DNA of 64,000 bases from Nemertoderma westbladi. Taxonomy: Eukaryota > Animalia > Xenacoelomorpha. Under the pieces are notes generated by a model. That model was not told where the DNA came from. It saw only the letters and a program-made list of their open reading frames with translations, and did not search any database. Shown piece by piece: positions 49,472 through 60,391 of this stretch. The stretch is from assembly GCA_032718475.1 (NCBI GenBank), contig JAUCBJ010001977.1, positions 70,305-134,304 of the forward strand. Direction: 5' to 3'. The position numbers and the translations under genes were made by a program. Each line of letters starts with the position of its first letter. Within the stretch, counting starts at the first letter, position 1.

Positions 49472-52027
49472 ACCTTGTATGATTAAATACTACCTGATAC
49501 CTTGTATGAGTAAATACTACCTGATACCTTGTATGAGTAAATACTACCTGATACCTTGTATGATGAAATACTACCTGATACCTTGTATGAGTAAATACTA
49601 CCTGATACCTTGTATGAGTAAATACTACCTGATACCTTGTATGATGAAATACTACCTGATACCTTGTATGAGTAAATACTACCTGATACCTTGTATGAGT
49701 AAATACTACCTGATACCTTGTATGATGAAATACTACCTGATACCTTGTATGATGAAATACTACCTGATACCTTGTATGATGAAATACTACCTGATACCTT
49801 GTATGATGAAATACTACCTGATACCTTGTATGAAATACTACCTGATACCTTGTATGAAATACTACCTGATACCTTGTATGAGTAAATACTACCTGATACC
49901 TTGTATGATTAAATACTACCTGATACCTTGTATGAGTAAATACTACCTGATACCTTGTATGATGAAATACTACCTGATACATTGTATGATGAAATACTAC
50001 CTGATACCTTGTATGAGTAAATACTACCTGATACCTTGTATGATAAATACTATCTGATACCTTGTATGAGTAAATACTATCTGATACCTTGTATGATGAA
50101 ATACTACCTGATACCTTGTATGATGAAATACTACCTGATACCTTGTATGATGAAATACTACCTGATACCTTGTATGAAATACTACCTGATACCTTGTATG
50201 AAATACTACCTGATACCTTGTATGAGTAAATACTACCTGATACCTTGTATGATTAAATACTACCTGATACCTTGTATGAGTAAATACTACCTGATACCTT
50301 GTATGATGAAATACTACCTGATACATTGTATGATGAAATACTACCTGATACCTTGTATGAGTAAATACTACCTGATACCTTGTATGATAAATACTATCTG
50401 ATACCTTGTATGAGTAAATACTACCTGACGTCTATCTACTCTACTGCCTACAAATACAATGAAAGGGTAGTTTAGTTAATATATTAACCATGAACACCGG
50501 CTGGTCCTACTGGCCTTTGCTGGGACCCCTTTGTATTAACACCATACCACTCCCATCGAACGTCGAGTTCATAACAACAGAAAACATATTTTGAAGGTTT
50601 TGCTATTAAATAAATGACTCATAGAATATAATTATTATTAACAAATGAAAATATATAATAATTATTAACATATGTTCTAAAGATGAATTACGACATAATG
50701 TCTGATAAAAGGGCATCGGGTACAACAATGTGTTCATTCAGGCACAATGCTAACTTCCACAGCTATAAACTAACACCTGCACTGTCCCAGAACCAAATTA
50801 ATTACAAATGGTGCAGTGCAGTTAACTATAAACAATCGATAATGGCATATTGAACACAGCTAGAAACAAGTACATTATATTCCAGAGTTAATATATTATG
50901 CGATGTCATGTTAATCACTTCACTTTACCAGTGACGCAAATGGCAAAATTGTCTTTAAGTTGCAAATATGATGTAAAATTAATCTCACGGTGTGTATGAA
51001 GAAGTGCATTAGAAGGTAGATGTATCTCCTTTTGGTAAACTAAAAGATGATAAAAACTAATTCACTTTATTTTGAAACTAAAAACACCGAGTTATTTATT
51101 TTTATAAAAGACGCACCAGTACTTTAGAAAGTCGATCACAAAAGCGCTCGTTATTCTTACCTTGTTTCACTTTAATGCTTATTATCAGTTTAGACTGTCA
51201 ATTTTTCGCGTTTCTTTTTATAGCTATTACTGTTGTACTTCTGTAGGCGAATTGATTTTATAAGGAATCGGAAGTTAATCACATTATAATTATTATTATT
51301 TAAATAATTTTAGTTTTGGGTTCAGTTTAAATTTTAGTGTTCAGCACTAATCTCATCCTCAGTAAACACAATCTCACCCAATTCCCTCTATGGCGTATTC
51401 ATGTAAAACTCTTGAGGCCAAATAACCCAAACATTAATTAAAAGCTACAAGTCTTATTGTTTGTTATTTGTTTAAAAGTTAATCCAGTAATTATTAATTA
51501 GATAATAACCACTATAGAGAATAGTTTGTCATTTTCAGTACTTATATTTACACTTTCCCTTTTCAATTGAGTTGTTTCATATCAAAACTTATTACATTCG
51601 AATATATATGGTTGCAACAATGAAGTTGATAAAAAGTTAAATAATACGAGAAGAAAATATAGAATAGAGTTAAAAAATAGTTGTGAAATTAGCTAGCTAA
51701 GTATGAGTGTACTATGTTATTGAAGGTATAATCATTTAGCTAATAATTAAGTCATATAATAATGACTAAATTAATACATTCCTTATTCAAATATATTATA
51801 AATGCGAAATATAAAAACCTAACTATACAATTTAGATGAGCTACCGGTGGCCCTAATGAACCTACCTTACAATATACACTGTTTAAACTATTTATACCCC
51901 CACCGCCCTCCACACGTCACAAAACAATATTAATATTTATTATAAATAAACCTAAGAATAGCGTTAGCGTTACTTATTGCAGATTCCAACTATATATATA
52001 TTTCAACTGCGACGATTGAGGAATAGA

Positions 52028-55000
52028 TTATACCGTGGAATCGAAATCCTCACTGCGCACCCTCCATAGCCGGACCCTAGCATCGGTGGAGCCGGTAAAT
52101 ACGTGAGTTTTATTGGTGACCAACGAGGTTATCTGGGAGTTGATGGTGACAGATGTGGCGGGGTCTGAGTGTTTGTACAAGGGAACCAACCCCAGAGGCC
52201 GACACGAATCCGCGTCCCAGATCTTTATAAACCCCGATCGACAGGCGGATACGAGCATAGAATCGCGACCCGGAATAAAATCGATGACTTTAATCCAATC
52301 CTTGTGGGCCGAGGATATCGTCTTCAACCAGGACAGGGTAGAGAGGTTCCATTTCTTTATGGTGGAGTCGCGAGATCCGCTGAACATGATGTCACCGCGG
52401 ACCGCGAGACACTCTATACCGTCGTAATGGGGCGGCTCCAGTTGTAGGATCGGTTGAATCAACGATCCGCGGTTCGAACTGTCCATCTCGAACACCTTTA
52501 GGTAATGATCCTTCGAACCGGTTATCACCCGGTCCACGTCGCCTCTTGCCGCGTCGTAACCCTCCGCCCGGTGGATGTTAATGACTTTAACCGTCGACTT
52601 GGATTTGGAGAGAGACAAACAGGGGTTTAGTCGCCCAATGGGTTGGAAACTTGAGAGATCCCAGACGCGAACGAAACTCCCGACCCCACAGAGGAGCGTG
52701 GTCGAGGACGAGTTGATCTGCATGTCGTAGATTTGTTGCTCCCCGGGGGGAATGAGCCGCGTGGTGACGACGTTGGTTGAACGCGTCGACGGAGCCGAGT
52801 TCCGCACCGCACCGGAGGACATCATCGTCTTAACACATCGACTTGGCGGCGACTCGCGGAGATCGAAGGCCTTGATCTCGCAAACATCAACCACGAAGAG
52901 CAACCGGAGATCCTTGTTGTAAATGATCTTAGATGTATAACCCCGTCGCGCCTCTAGCGCTTCTATTATTTTCCCGGTCTCCAATGAGAATATGTGGATT
53001 TCGTGGCCGCTCCCAGAGAAGAGTAGCTCGTCGGTGGCTCCTACCGCGGTCACCGGTTTGGTACCCGCGGTAGCCCAGTGGGACAGGATCAGCGGACAGT
53101 TACGGGAGATGGAGGAGCAGCGGGTGGGGGTGATCCCGGGGTTTGCGAGGTCTATCCCGTTACTGGGCGACGGACTGCTGTCCCGCTGATTGTCCCGGTC
53201 CCCCGCGGGACCGCCGCCACGCTCCGGACTGTCCGGGCGCAACGTGTCCCAAGTGAGTTTCTCGTAGGTGTCCGAGCGGATCAACCGAGGGGATGCGACC
53301 GCCGACGACCGGGCGTCTCGGCGGTCCAACGAGCCTCCCGCCCGTCCGCTCGTCGGGGTGCTAGGCAACGAGGACTGCGCTCGCCGTCTCGCTAACTGCG
53401 GACTCCACGTGCTGCGCGCGGGGTCGCCTACGTGACCCGACACGAAGGTGGTGTTGATATCCCCCGGGGGTGGAGGAGAGGTGCGAAGTACTTCATCGGA
53501 ACAGACAGAGCGCGGTCGGGAGTAGAGGAAGTCCTCGGTGCAGCCGGTCCGTCGACGGGCCTTCCGGCGGGTCTCCGGGTTGTCGACGGGCGGGGCCGAC
53601 GGGTAGACGAAGGTGAGATCGACGCGTCCGGGATCCACCGGGGACGGCGACCGTTCGCCATCCTCGTCGTCCTCGAAATGACTCATAGACGCGGACAACA
53701 TCGCCGATATCTCTGGATCTATATGATCCCCCGCCTGCTCCAACACGTGATGCAGCAACTCCTCGTTGATGGAATTGTTACACTCCTGTTGGTGGAGATC
53801 CGACTTGAGGTTATCCACCTCCTCATTGTTCTTGGCTTTCTCCAACGCCTCCGACGCCCATCGCTCCAGACACTGACCGAGGACGAACTTGGACTCCCGG
53901 AAGGACAACTCGTCTATAAACTGTTCGGGGTTAAGCAACGTCGATTCTTTCTCGCTGAGCAACACGATACTGTTCTGCGTCTCTCGGATTTTACCCTGGA
54001 TGTATTGGAGGTTCGCGGCTGTGTCCCGTACCTTTTGCTCTTGTCTCTCCTCACCGCCACATTCCTTCATTAGGGAGTCCAGCACTCGGGTCTGCCGATC
54101 CCGGTCTTTCAACCAGATATCCATGGTCGCCTCCATCTTGCAGATTTTCAACTTAACTTCGGACAGTTGGTCGATATATTTGGATACGGATTGGAACTTC
54201 TGTTTGGAGGCGGTTGTGGGGCGAAGTCGAACCGATATTGTTTCACTATTTTTACCCATCCGACCTGGCCGAACCTGCCTCCGCAGACTACTAACTTCCT
54301 CCTGTCGTCTCTTTATCATGGCCTCCTTCTGTCGTTTCTCTTCCTCCAATGACTTTATTTTTTTCTCATACTTCCTCGCCTCCTTCTTTAGCTTGGCCAC
54401 CGCCCTGTTCTGATCTTTGTCTTTCTCCCTTTGTTTTTTAGAATCTTCTTTCATCTGTCTCATTAACTTGGCCTTCACCGTTTTCATCTGGTTCATTTCC
54501 CCCCTTAGACTACCCAACTGCTTCTCATACTGCGCCTGAGACTTCAGTAAACGATTGTGTTCCTTTTGGGCTTGTTTCAAGCCTTTCATCTCCTCTTGCA
54601 GACTGGCCACCTTATGTTGATACTCCTCCTTGACTTTCTTCGCTTTGTCGTTGACCAGATCGCTAGGTCCGATACTCTTTAGGACTTTGTCCCTTTCCGA
54701 TTCCGTCTCGGCTATCCTCGTCTGGAGTTGCACCACCTTTTGATCGTAATGAACTTTCATTGTGTTCAGCCTCCTCTGCGAGTCTTCCAACTCTTCTATA
54801 AGGCGCTGCTTTATGCTGATCTCGTAGGAGAGGTTTCCCAATTCCTCCTCCATCTCGGCGTCTTCCTCTTCTTCCTCACTATCATCTTCCTCAGATTCAT
54901 CCGACTGATCCTCCTCATCATTCTGCTCTTCCCCTTCCTCGTTAATCTCAACCTCAACCACCCCATTGTTTTCCTTATCCTTCTTTCCGCCTCTCCTTCT

Positions 55001-56623
55001 CGTTACCTTGGAGACATCCAATAGTTTAAGTTGATTCTCTACGTCGCGTTTTGCCTCGTCGATCACCGAACAGTTGTTTATCCCCAGCGGCGCTTCGGAA
55101 CAGGCGGTTCCGGGACGGGTGACGACCCCGCTGACACCGGACTGCCGACGGAGGTTAGAGTTAATCGACTCGGATTCCAGGAGTTTTACTCGCAACTCCT
55201 CGATCTCACCGATATATCGCTGCACCACGGACGTCATCCCGTCCCCGTCGCTGTCCTGCTGGGCCTCCCCTCCGAGCCGCTCCACTTCCTGGTTGGTTAT
55301 CAACGTCGTCAACCTCCCCGTCTGGGTGTCCAACGTCGACTGCAACGCTTTCAGTCTCTTCCTTAAGTTCTCGTTGTCTCGCATTAACATCGAGTTCTCG
55401 GTGTGTAGGTCTGAGATCGCCAACCCGCCACCATCACTCGCTCCCCGTCCCGCCATCTTCCACTCGACCAGTTCGGTCTGCAGCCTCTGTATCTGAGCTC
55501 GAAGTCCCGCCATCTGCAGACTCGACAGGTCCTGATTGGCCATCACTTTGTTCTGGATGTTCTTCGCCCTGTTCGCGTACTTCAGCGTGTTCAGTGTCTC
55601 CATAAAGTCACTGTCGGATGGACTCACACAGGCAATCATTAGCGTCCTAGAGTTTCCCCCCAGGGAGTCCTGCAGCAGTCGGGTCAGCTTGCTGTCCCGG
55701 TACGGGACATGGTGTCCTCGCTTGGTGACGTCACCCAACGCGCTGATGACGTTGCCCAGGGCGAGGAGTCCGCAGTTGATTGAGATCCCCTCCTTAGCGC
55801 GGTCGCCAGTAGCTCCGGTTCGCTTCAGACGCTCGGATCCCGCGAGGTCTACAAAATGGAACTTAGCGGTGAGCGTCTCGAAGTCGGGAGTTTCCTCATC
55901 ATTGATTAGAACTCGCCGCTGCTTTACATGGAGGGTGAATATGGCGTGGGAGCGGGATGATTGCGAGTTCATTAGCGTGCTCGCTGTAGTGCGGGACAGC
56001 GCACCCAGTTTCAGACACTCGGCGGTCTCGGCCTCGCTCGTTACGCTCTTCGTGGTGACCCCGACCGTGTAGATGGATCCGTTAGCGTCCTCGTGTATCC
56101 GAATCTCTGACTTCTTCCCCCGGCTCGTCGGATCTCTCGTTGTATCGAAGAGATCCAGGACTTCTTCGTTGTACAACTCCATAAACTGGGCGTTAATGTT
56201 GAACTCGGGCGCGGGTTTACCCTCCTGTCGAGCCGTTAGCTTGCGTCGCTCGATCTCTGCGAACAGATGCTCTACGGCTCGCGGTACGATGCCCTTTTCC
56301 GCGTCGGGGGTCGCAACCTCGAACCCCGTTCCCATCGTGTAGGTTTTACCGCTACCGGTCTGCCCATAGGCCAACACCGTTGCGTTGTAACCGTCGAATG
56401 TTCCATCTATTAACGTCTTCACGCAGGCGTTATAAACCGTGGACTGATCACATCCTATGTCGAACAAAGAATCGTATGTGAAAGAGTTCTGACCAAGAGT
56501 TACCTGTTGACTGCACTCTGGTACGAATGTGCAGACATGGCACCCGTCCAGCTGTTCCCGGGCCAACTGAGGTCGGATACGCAGAGCGACGCGCACGCTG
56601 GAATCCTCGTCCTTCACAGGCAT
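52028..56623 (-). CDS. KIF21: Kinesin-4 family KIF21 (motor, coiled coil, C-terminal WD40), intronless CDS, 1531 aa
   Basis: P-loop GQTGSGKT, SSRSH, DLAGSE, HVPYRDSKLTRLLQDSLGGN, long coiled coil, and WD40 repeats with the KIF21-typical LEPPHYDGIECL. First ATG at 56623, TAA at 52028. Confidence 0.96.
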   Translation of the reverse strand: MPVKDEDSSVRVALRIRPQLAREQLDGCHVCTFVPECSQQVTLGQNSFTYDSLFDIGCDQSTVYNACVKTLIDGTFDGYNATVLAYGQTGSGKTYTMGTGFEVATPDAEKGIVPRAVEHLFAEIERRKLTARQEGKPAPEFNINAQFMELYNEEVLDLFDTTRDPTSRGKKSEIRIHEDANGSIYTVGVTTKSVTSEAETAECLKLGALSRTTASTLMNSQSSRSHAIFTLHVKQRRVLINDEETPDFETLTAKFHFVDLAGSERLKRTGATGDRAKEGISINCGLLALGNVISALGDVTKRGHHVPYRDSKLTRLLQDSLGGNSRTLMIACVSPSDSDFMETLNTLKYANRAKNIQNKVMANQDLSSLQMAGLRAQIQRLQTELVEWKMAGRGASDGGGLAISDLHTENSMLMRDNENLRKRLKALQSTLDTQTGRLTTLITNQEVERLGGEAQQDSDGDGMTSVVQRYIGEIEELRVKLLESESINSNLRRQSGVSGVVTRPGTACSEAPLGINNCSVIDEAKRDVENQLKLLDVSKVTRRRGGKKDKENNGVVEVEINEEGEEQNDEEDQSDESEEDDSEEEEEDAEMEEELGNLSYEISIKQRLIEELEDSQRRLNTMKVHYDQKVVQLQTRIAETESERDKVLKSIGPSDLVNDKAKKVKEEYQHKVASLQEEMKGLKQAQKEHNRLLKSQAQYEKQLGSLRGEMNQMKTVKAKLMRQMKEDSKKQREKDKDQNRAVAKLKKEARKYEKKIKSLEEEKRQKEAMIKRRQEEVSSLRRQVRPGRMGKNSETISVRLRPTTASKQKFQSVSKYIDQLSEVKLKICKMEATMDIWLKDRDRQTRVLDSLMKECGGEERQEQKVRDTAANLQYIQGKIRETQNSIVLLSEKESTLLNPEQFIDELSFRESKFVLGQCLERWASEALEKAKNNEEVDNLKSDLHQQECNNSINEELLHHVLEQAGDHIDPEISAMLSASMSHFEDDEDGERSPSPVDPGRVDLTFVYPSAPPVDNPETRRKARRRTGCTEDFLYSRPRSVCSDEVLRTSPPPPGDINTTFVSGHVGDPARSTWSPQLARRRAQSSLPSTPTSGRAGGSLDRRDARSSAVASPRLIRSDTYEKLTWDTLRPDSPERGGGPAGDRDNQRDSSPSPSNGIDLANPGITPTRCSSISRNCPLILSHWATAGTKPVTAVGATDELLFSGSGHEIHIFSLETGKIIEALEARRGYTSKIIYNKDLRLLFVVDVCEIKAFDLRESPPSRCVKTMMSSGAVRNSAPSTRSTNVVTTRLIPPGEQQIYDMQINSSSTTLLCGVGSFVRVWDLSSFQPIGRLNPCLSLSKSKSTVKVINIHRAEGYDAARGDVDRVITGSKDHYLKVFEMDSSNRGSLIQPILQLEPPHYDGIECLAVRGDIMFSGSRDSTIKKWNLSTLSWLKTISSAHKDWIKVIDFIPGRDSMLVSACRSGFIKIWDADSCRPLGLVPLYKHSDPATSVTINSQITSLVTNKTHVFTGSTDARVRLWRVRSEDFDSTV

Positions 56624-56886
56624 TCTCACTACAACGTTGTTCTATTAATAATGCCAAGCTAAGGATCAGTTATATATATATTATTATTTTAAATATTATA
56701 GTTTTAATTAGATATCAATATTGATTATCGGAACTGCGAATTAAATTCCGATTCCCTTCGAATAATTTAAATATCAACATATCACAATAATTTATCATCA
56801 TAAATTTAATTAGAATTATAGGCCTATATACCGGTATAGCAGATTACTGGATTAGCAGTATTTTTCGAAAAACTAGGTACTGTATA

Positions 56887-57874
56887 CCGACGTTTCGGCA
56901 TATGATGTTTCGGTCCAGGACGATTCGGCCCGGACGATTCGGCCAGGACGTTTCGGCCCATGACTGTAACTGAATGAAAATGCCGAGTTGTGTTCGTAAC
57001 AACTTCAACAACAGAGAGATGACATATCAAATAATTAATTTTGTATCTAATATTATAATTAATTTAATTTTGTAACAATAAGATATTATTAAGAGGTAGA
57101 ATAAAACGTCTGTCCTTATCTGATCTGACGGCATTTCTGATCTGATCTGATTTCTAAATTTCTTGCTGGCACCCAATTTTGCACACAGCACCGAAAAATA
57201 CAACGTTGATGATATGCCTGGTGCAATTCATATATATCCCATCGAGACTAGAACGCCTAAAACCCCTATTGCGGAAGAAAAAACAGCTTCAAATAATCAA
57301 TTTACAAAATTGAAATATTTCAAAATTTGGGACTGGCACCAAAATTTCCCACCCGCCGCTAAAAACAAGATTATAATTTCTAGCTTATTTTATACGAATT
57401 CCTTTTAGTTAGTTTCAGTTCTGCAGTTGGGTCTTTTGGTTAGTAGCGTTAGTTTCAGATCAGAGAGGGTGAGCGTGAGGTGTTATATTGATAATTTAGT
57501 ATGTTGTAATTTAGTATTAATATTATTATATTATAGGGTAAGCTTCTACAAATAAACATTGTATAACTACTGAGACTAATTCATTTGCACCAGGTTCTAT
57601 AACCGAGTATACCATCCTCTGAGACAGGCGATAATCTACTGCAGTACTGTACGTCAGTATGTTGAATAGCGATTGGAGGTTAAAAGTAGTCCTATTTAAG
57701 ATAATGAATGACTGGGTATTACGCATAATTTTCTACAAAATTAAACTTTATATTTGACTTATTTAAGAGAGTAGGTGAATCTTTGGGCCAAAACGTCCGA
57801 CAAGCAAATCTCTTATTTCACTCATTGGACAGAAACGTCCTAGGCCAAAACGTCTTATACCAAAACGTCGCCGT
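56887..57874. mobile_element. Foldback-like MITE with terminal arrays of GACGTTTCGGCC motifs
   Basis: The left end has repeated GACGWTTCGGCC; the right end has the inverted GGCCAAAACGTC motifs. Confidence 0.65.
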
Positions 57875-58368
57875 AAAATTAATATGCTTATTAAACACTA
57901 CAGCACTAGGCCTGCTCAATTCACAATTTGTGCTTAGGATGCTTCAACCTGCAATTGCAAACCCAAAACTGTCTGACAGTAAAGCAGTAAAGGCTGGAAG
58001 GGGTAGTACCGGCTGACCGGTAATAGTTTTTGTTGTATGGTTGTACTGTACCTATGTACCTGCATTGTGTAGGACTATGGTATGAACATTTTGGTGGCAC
58101 CACTGCATTATAACGACACCCCAGTAGGGGCCTAATCCATTTTACATTCGATATCTCATGTCGTCAGGTGGTAGGCAGGTTGATAATAGACTTGTGGCTG
58201 TCTGGCTGTAGGCAGGTAAGTAAAGGAGTAGGTTACAGAGGTGAGTTGGGGGAACCAAAACAATAAACGAATGTTAAAACTTGTTACATGATTATGAACA
58301 CCATAGAGGTAAACTGTATAAAACTGCTGGGGTGTCGTTATAATGCAGTACCGGTATGCAGTAGGGAA

Positions 58369-60391
58369 GGGATCGACCGAATTATTCGGTTCGGTACCGA
58401 ATTTTGCCGAATATGGCATATTCGGCAGTTCGGTTCCGGCCGAATTTTAAAATTTGAATTACCGAATATTCGGCACAAATTGCAAATTACTACAGTAGAA
58501 GCAACATCAGAACTTAGCTGTAAGAAATTGAATATAATGAATGTGATACCAGGCCTAGGCCTACAGGCCTATAGCTGTATAGGATACAGTGAGTAAGACA
58601 GTTTGCAACCATGGTTTGCCTTATTTTATTATATCTATACACTTCTACAAACAATGTAGAATGTAGACGGTGGTTGGACGAGTGAGCCCATTACACCAAC
58701 CACCGCTAGCTACTAGTCACATTAAGCCATAGTTACTACAATACAAAGAAATCCTAGATAAAACAGTAGGCCTATGGTACAGTCATGCAACATGCGGTAC
58801 ATAAGCTCAATATAAAAACAAATATCCAACTGTACATTAATTAAGGCCTAGTTTAAGAAGTATTATCGATTGATTTTTAATGGAAGAAATACGTACCGGT
58901 AACTATATATATTTTTACTGTAATATAATAGTTAAAAAATAAGATGTATAACATGTGTCAGTGTCTAATCACTGAATCATGTTACATAGGCTATCTTATA
59001 CATATATATCAGTATATGCATATCTACAATCTACATATATATGTATAAGATATGTAACATGATTCAGTGATTAGGCCTAACTGCCTAAAGCTAAACTGTT
59101 AGGCGAAGTAGGCCTACCGAGTTCAAATCCCACTCGCTGACATACTTTTTTGTAGTGACATTTCTAGCACTCAATCGGGACAAAATTGCAATTATAACCT
59201 TAAATTTCAGAATTTTACTATAACTGTATAGGCCTAAAACGATATAGGATTGCATCTTGATTTTATTTTTTTTCTGGCGAAAAAAGTAAATTAAAATATT
59301 TTTGGTCAAATTTCTTAAATTTTATTACACATGTTAAAATAGCATCGAAGTAGAAAAGGTTTGCAAGTACCGGGTACTGAAGTAATTTGAGCAAAATCCA
59401 TTCACATGTACCTACTCAAAGGCTGAAGGTTATTGCAACTTTAGTGTCTGTAAGGCTGTAAGGCGAACTCCAAAACGGAACTCAATATAAAATATTGGTT
59501 TAAGTAGTTAAGCGGCTCTCTAGTCTCCACTACACTCGAGTAGGCCTATTCACTAAATTATTTAACATCTGAGTAAGGCAACATCAGGCAGTCAGGAGTT
59601 GGAGAGTACAGTAATTGGAATCGCAGTAACTATGGAAGCAATATAGTAAAATACTACCGGTACAGTTCAATTTACTTTGTAACACTAACTGCAACTGTAG
59701 CCTACTGTAGTATTGCGCTCTATGTTTTATTAAAGATATGAGCAACAAAAATGTACCACAGTAGGCCTACCAATTTAAGAATAAAATTACGTATTACATG
59801 CTGACATGGCAGCATGGCTGCATGGGGAAGAAATGTAGAACGTTTTTTTTTATTTTCTCTCGTCCCTTTATTAACCTCGGTAACGCTCGGCAGCTCGGTA
59901 AACAGGTAAATAAAATACTGTCTGACTGTACCGCGAGAATAGTGAAAAAAAGCTATACTTTTTTCCCATGTAATAAATAATTATTACGTTCAGTTCAGAG
60001 TATTGGTAATTTGCATAGTGGACTGTCACTCTGTCAGGCCTGTGTAATACAACAATAATAAAGGGTTACGAAACAATGTTAATCCAGTAATCACTTACTC
60101 AGGTACTCAACAATGTGAGACAGTGAGATGGGATTAACCCACAAAAACTGTAGTTCCTACAGTCAGACACTAGTACCGGTACCGCTGTACCGTAGCCGAC
60201 AGCCGATTTTCCTCCTTTCAGCCTTTCTTTTCGTAAAAACTGAATCTTTTGATAAATTTTTAACATTTAAAATTTAAATTGAATAGGCCTATTATAATAA
60301 CTTTGGCACGTTTCAATATTCGGTATCGGTATTGAATTTGCCGAATTTTTTTTAAAATTCGGTTTGGCAAAATTTTAAATTCGGTCGATCC
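58369..60391. mobile_element. hAT-like MITE (TIR GGATCGACCGAATT, subterminal CCGAA/TTCGG motifs)
   Basis: GGGATCGACCGAATT at 58369 and AATTCGGTCGATCC ending at 60391. Confidence 0.65.
58965..59074. repeat. 110-nt palindrome/hairpin
   Basis: CTAATCACTGAATCATGTTACATA pairs perfectly with TATGTAACATGATTCAGTGATTAG; the inner TCTTATACATATATA arm also pairs. Confidence 0.9.

Larger units (their letters stand above)
44099..50428. repeat. 27-bp satellite (TGTATGA(GT/TG)AAATACTACCTGATACCT, with a 24-bp variant), split by a CRE-clade retrotransposon at 46383-49464
   Basis: Directly visible on both sides of the insertion; higher-order block duplications. Confidence 0.97.

Noticed and set aside
50989-51039. 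Possible 51-nt minus-strand exon (TCTTTTAG ... GTGAGA)
   Set aside because: The translation (FTKRRYIYLLMHFFIHT) has no alpha2delta similarity, and the region is probably 3' flank of KIF21.
52113-56342. Plus-strand ORFs overlapping KIF21 and minus-strand ORFs overlapping the CRE ORF
   Set aside because: Shadow ORFs of GC-rich coding sequence, with no recognisable motifs.
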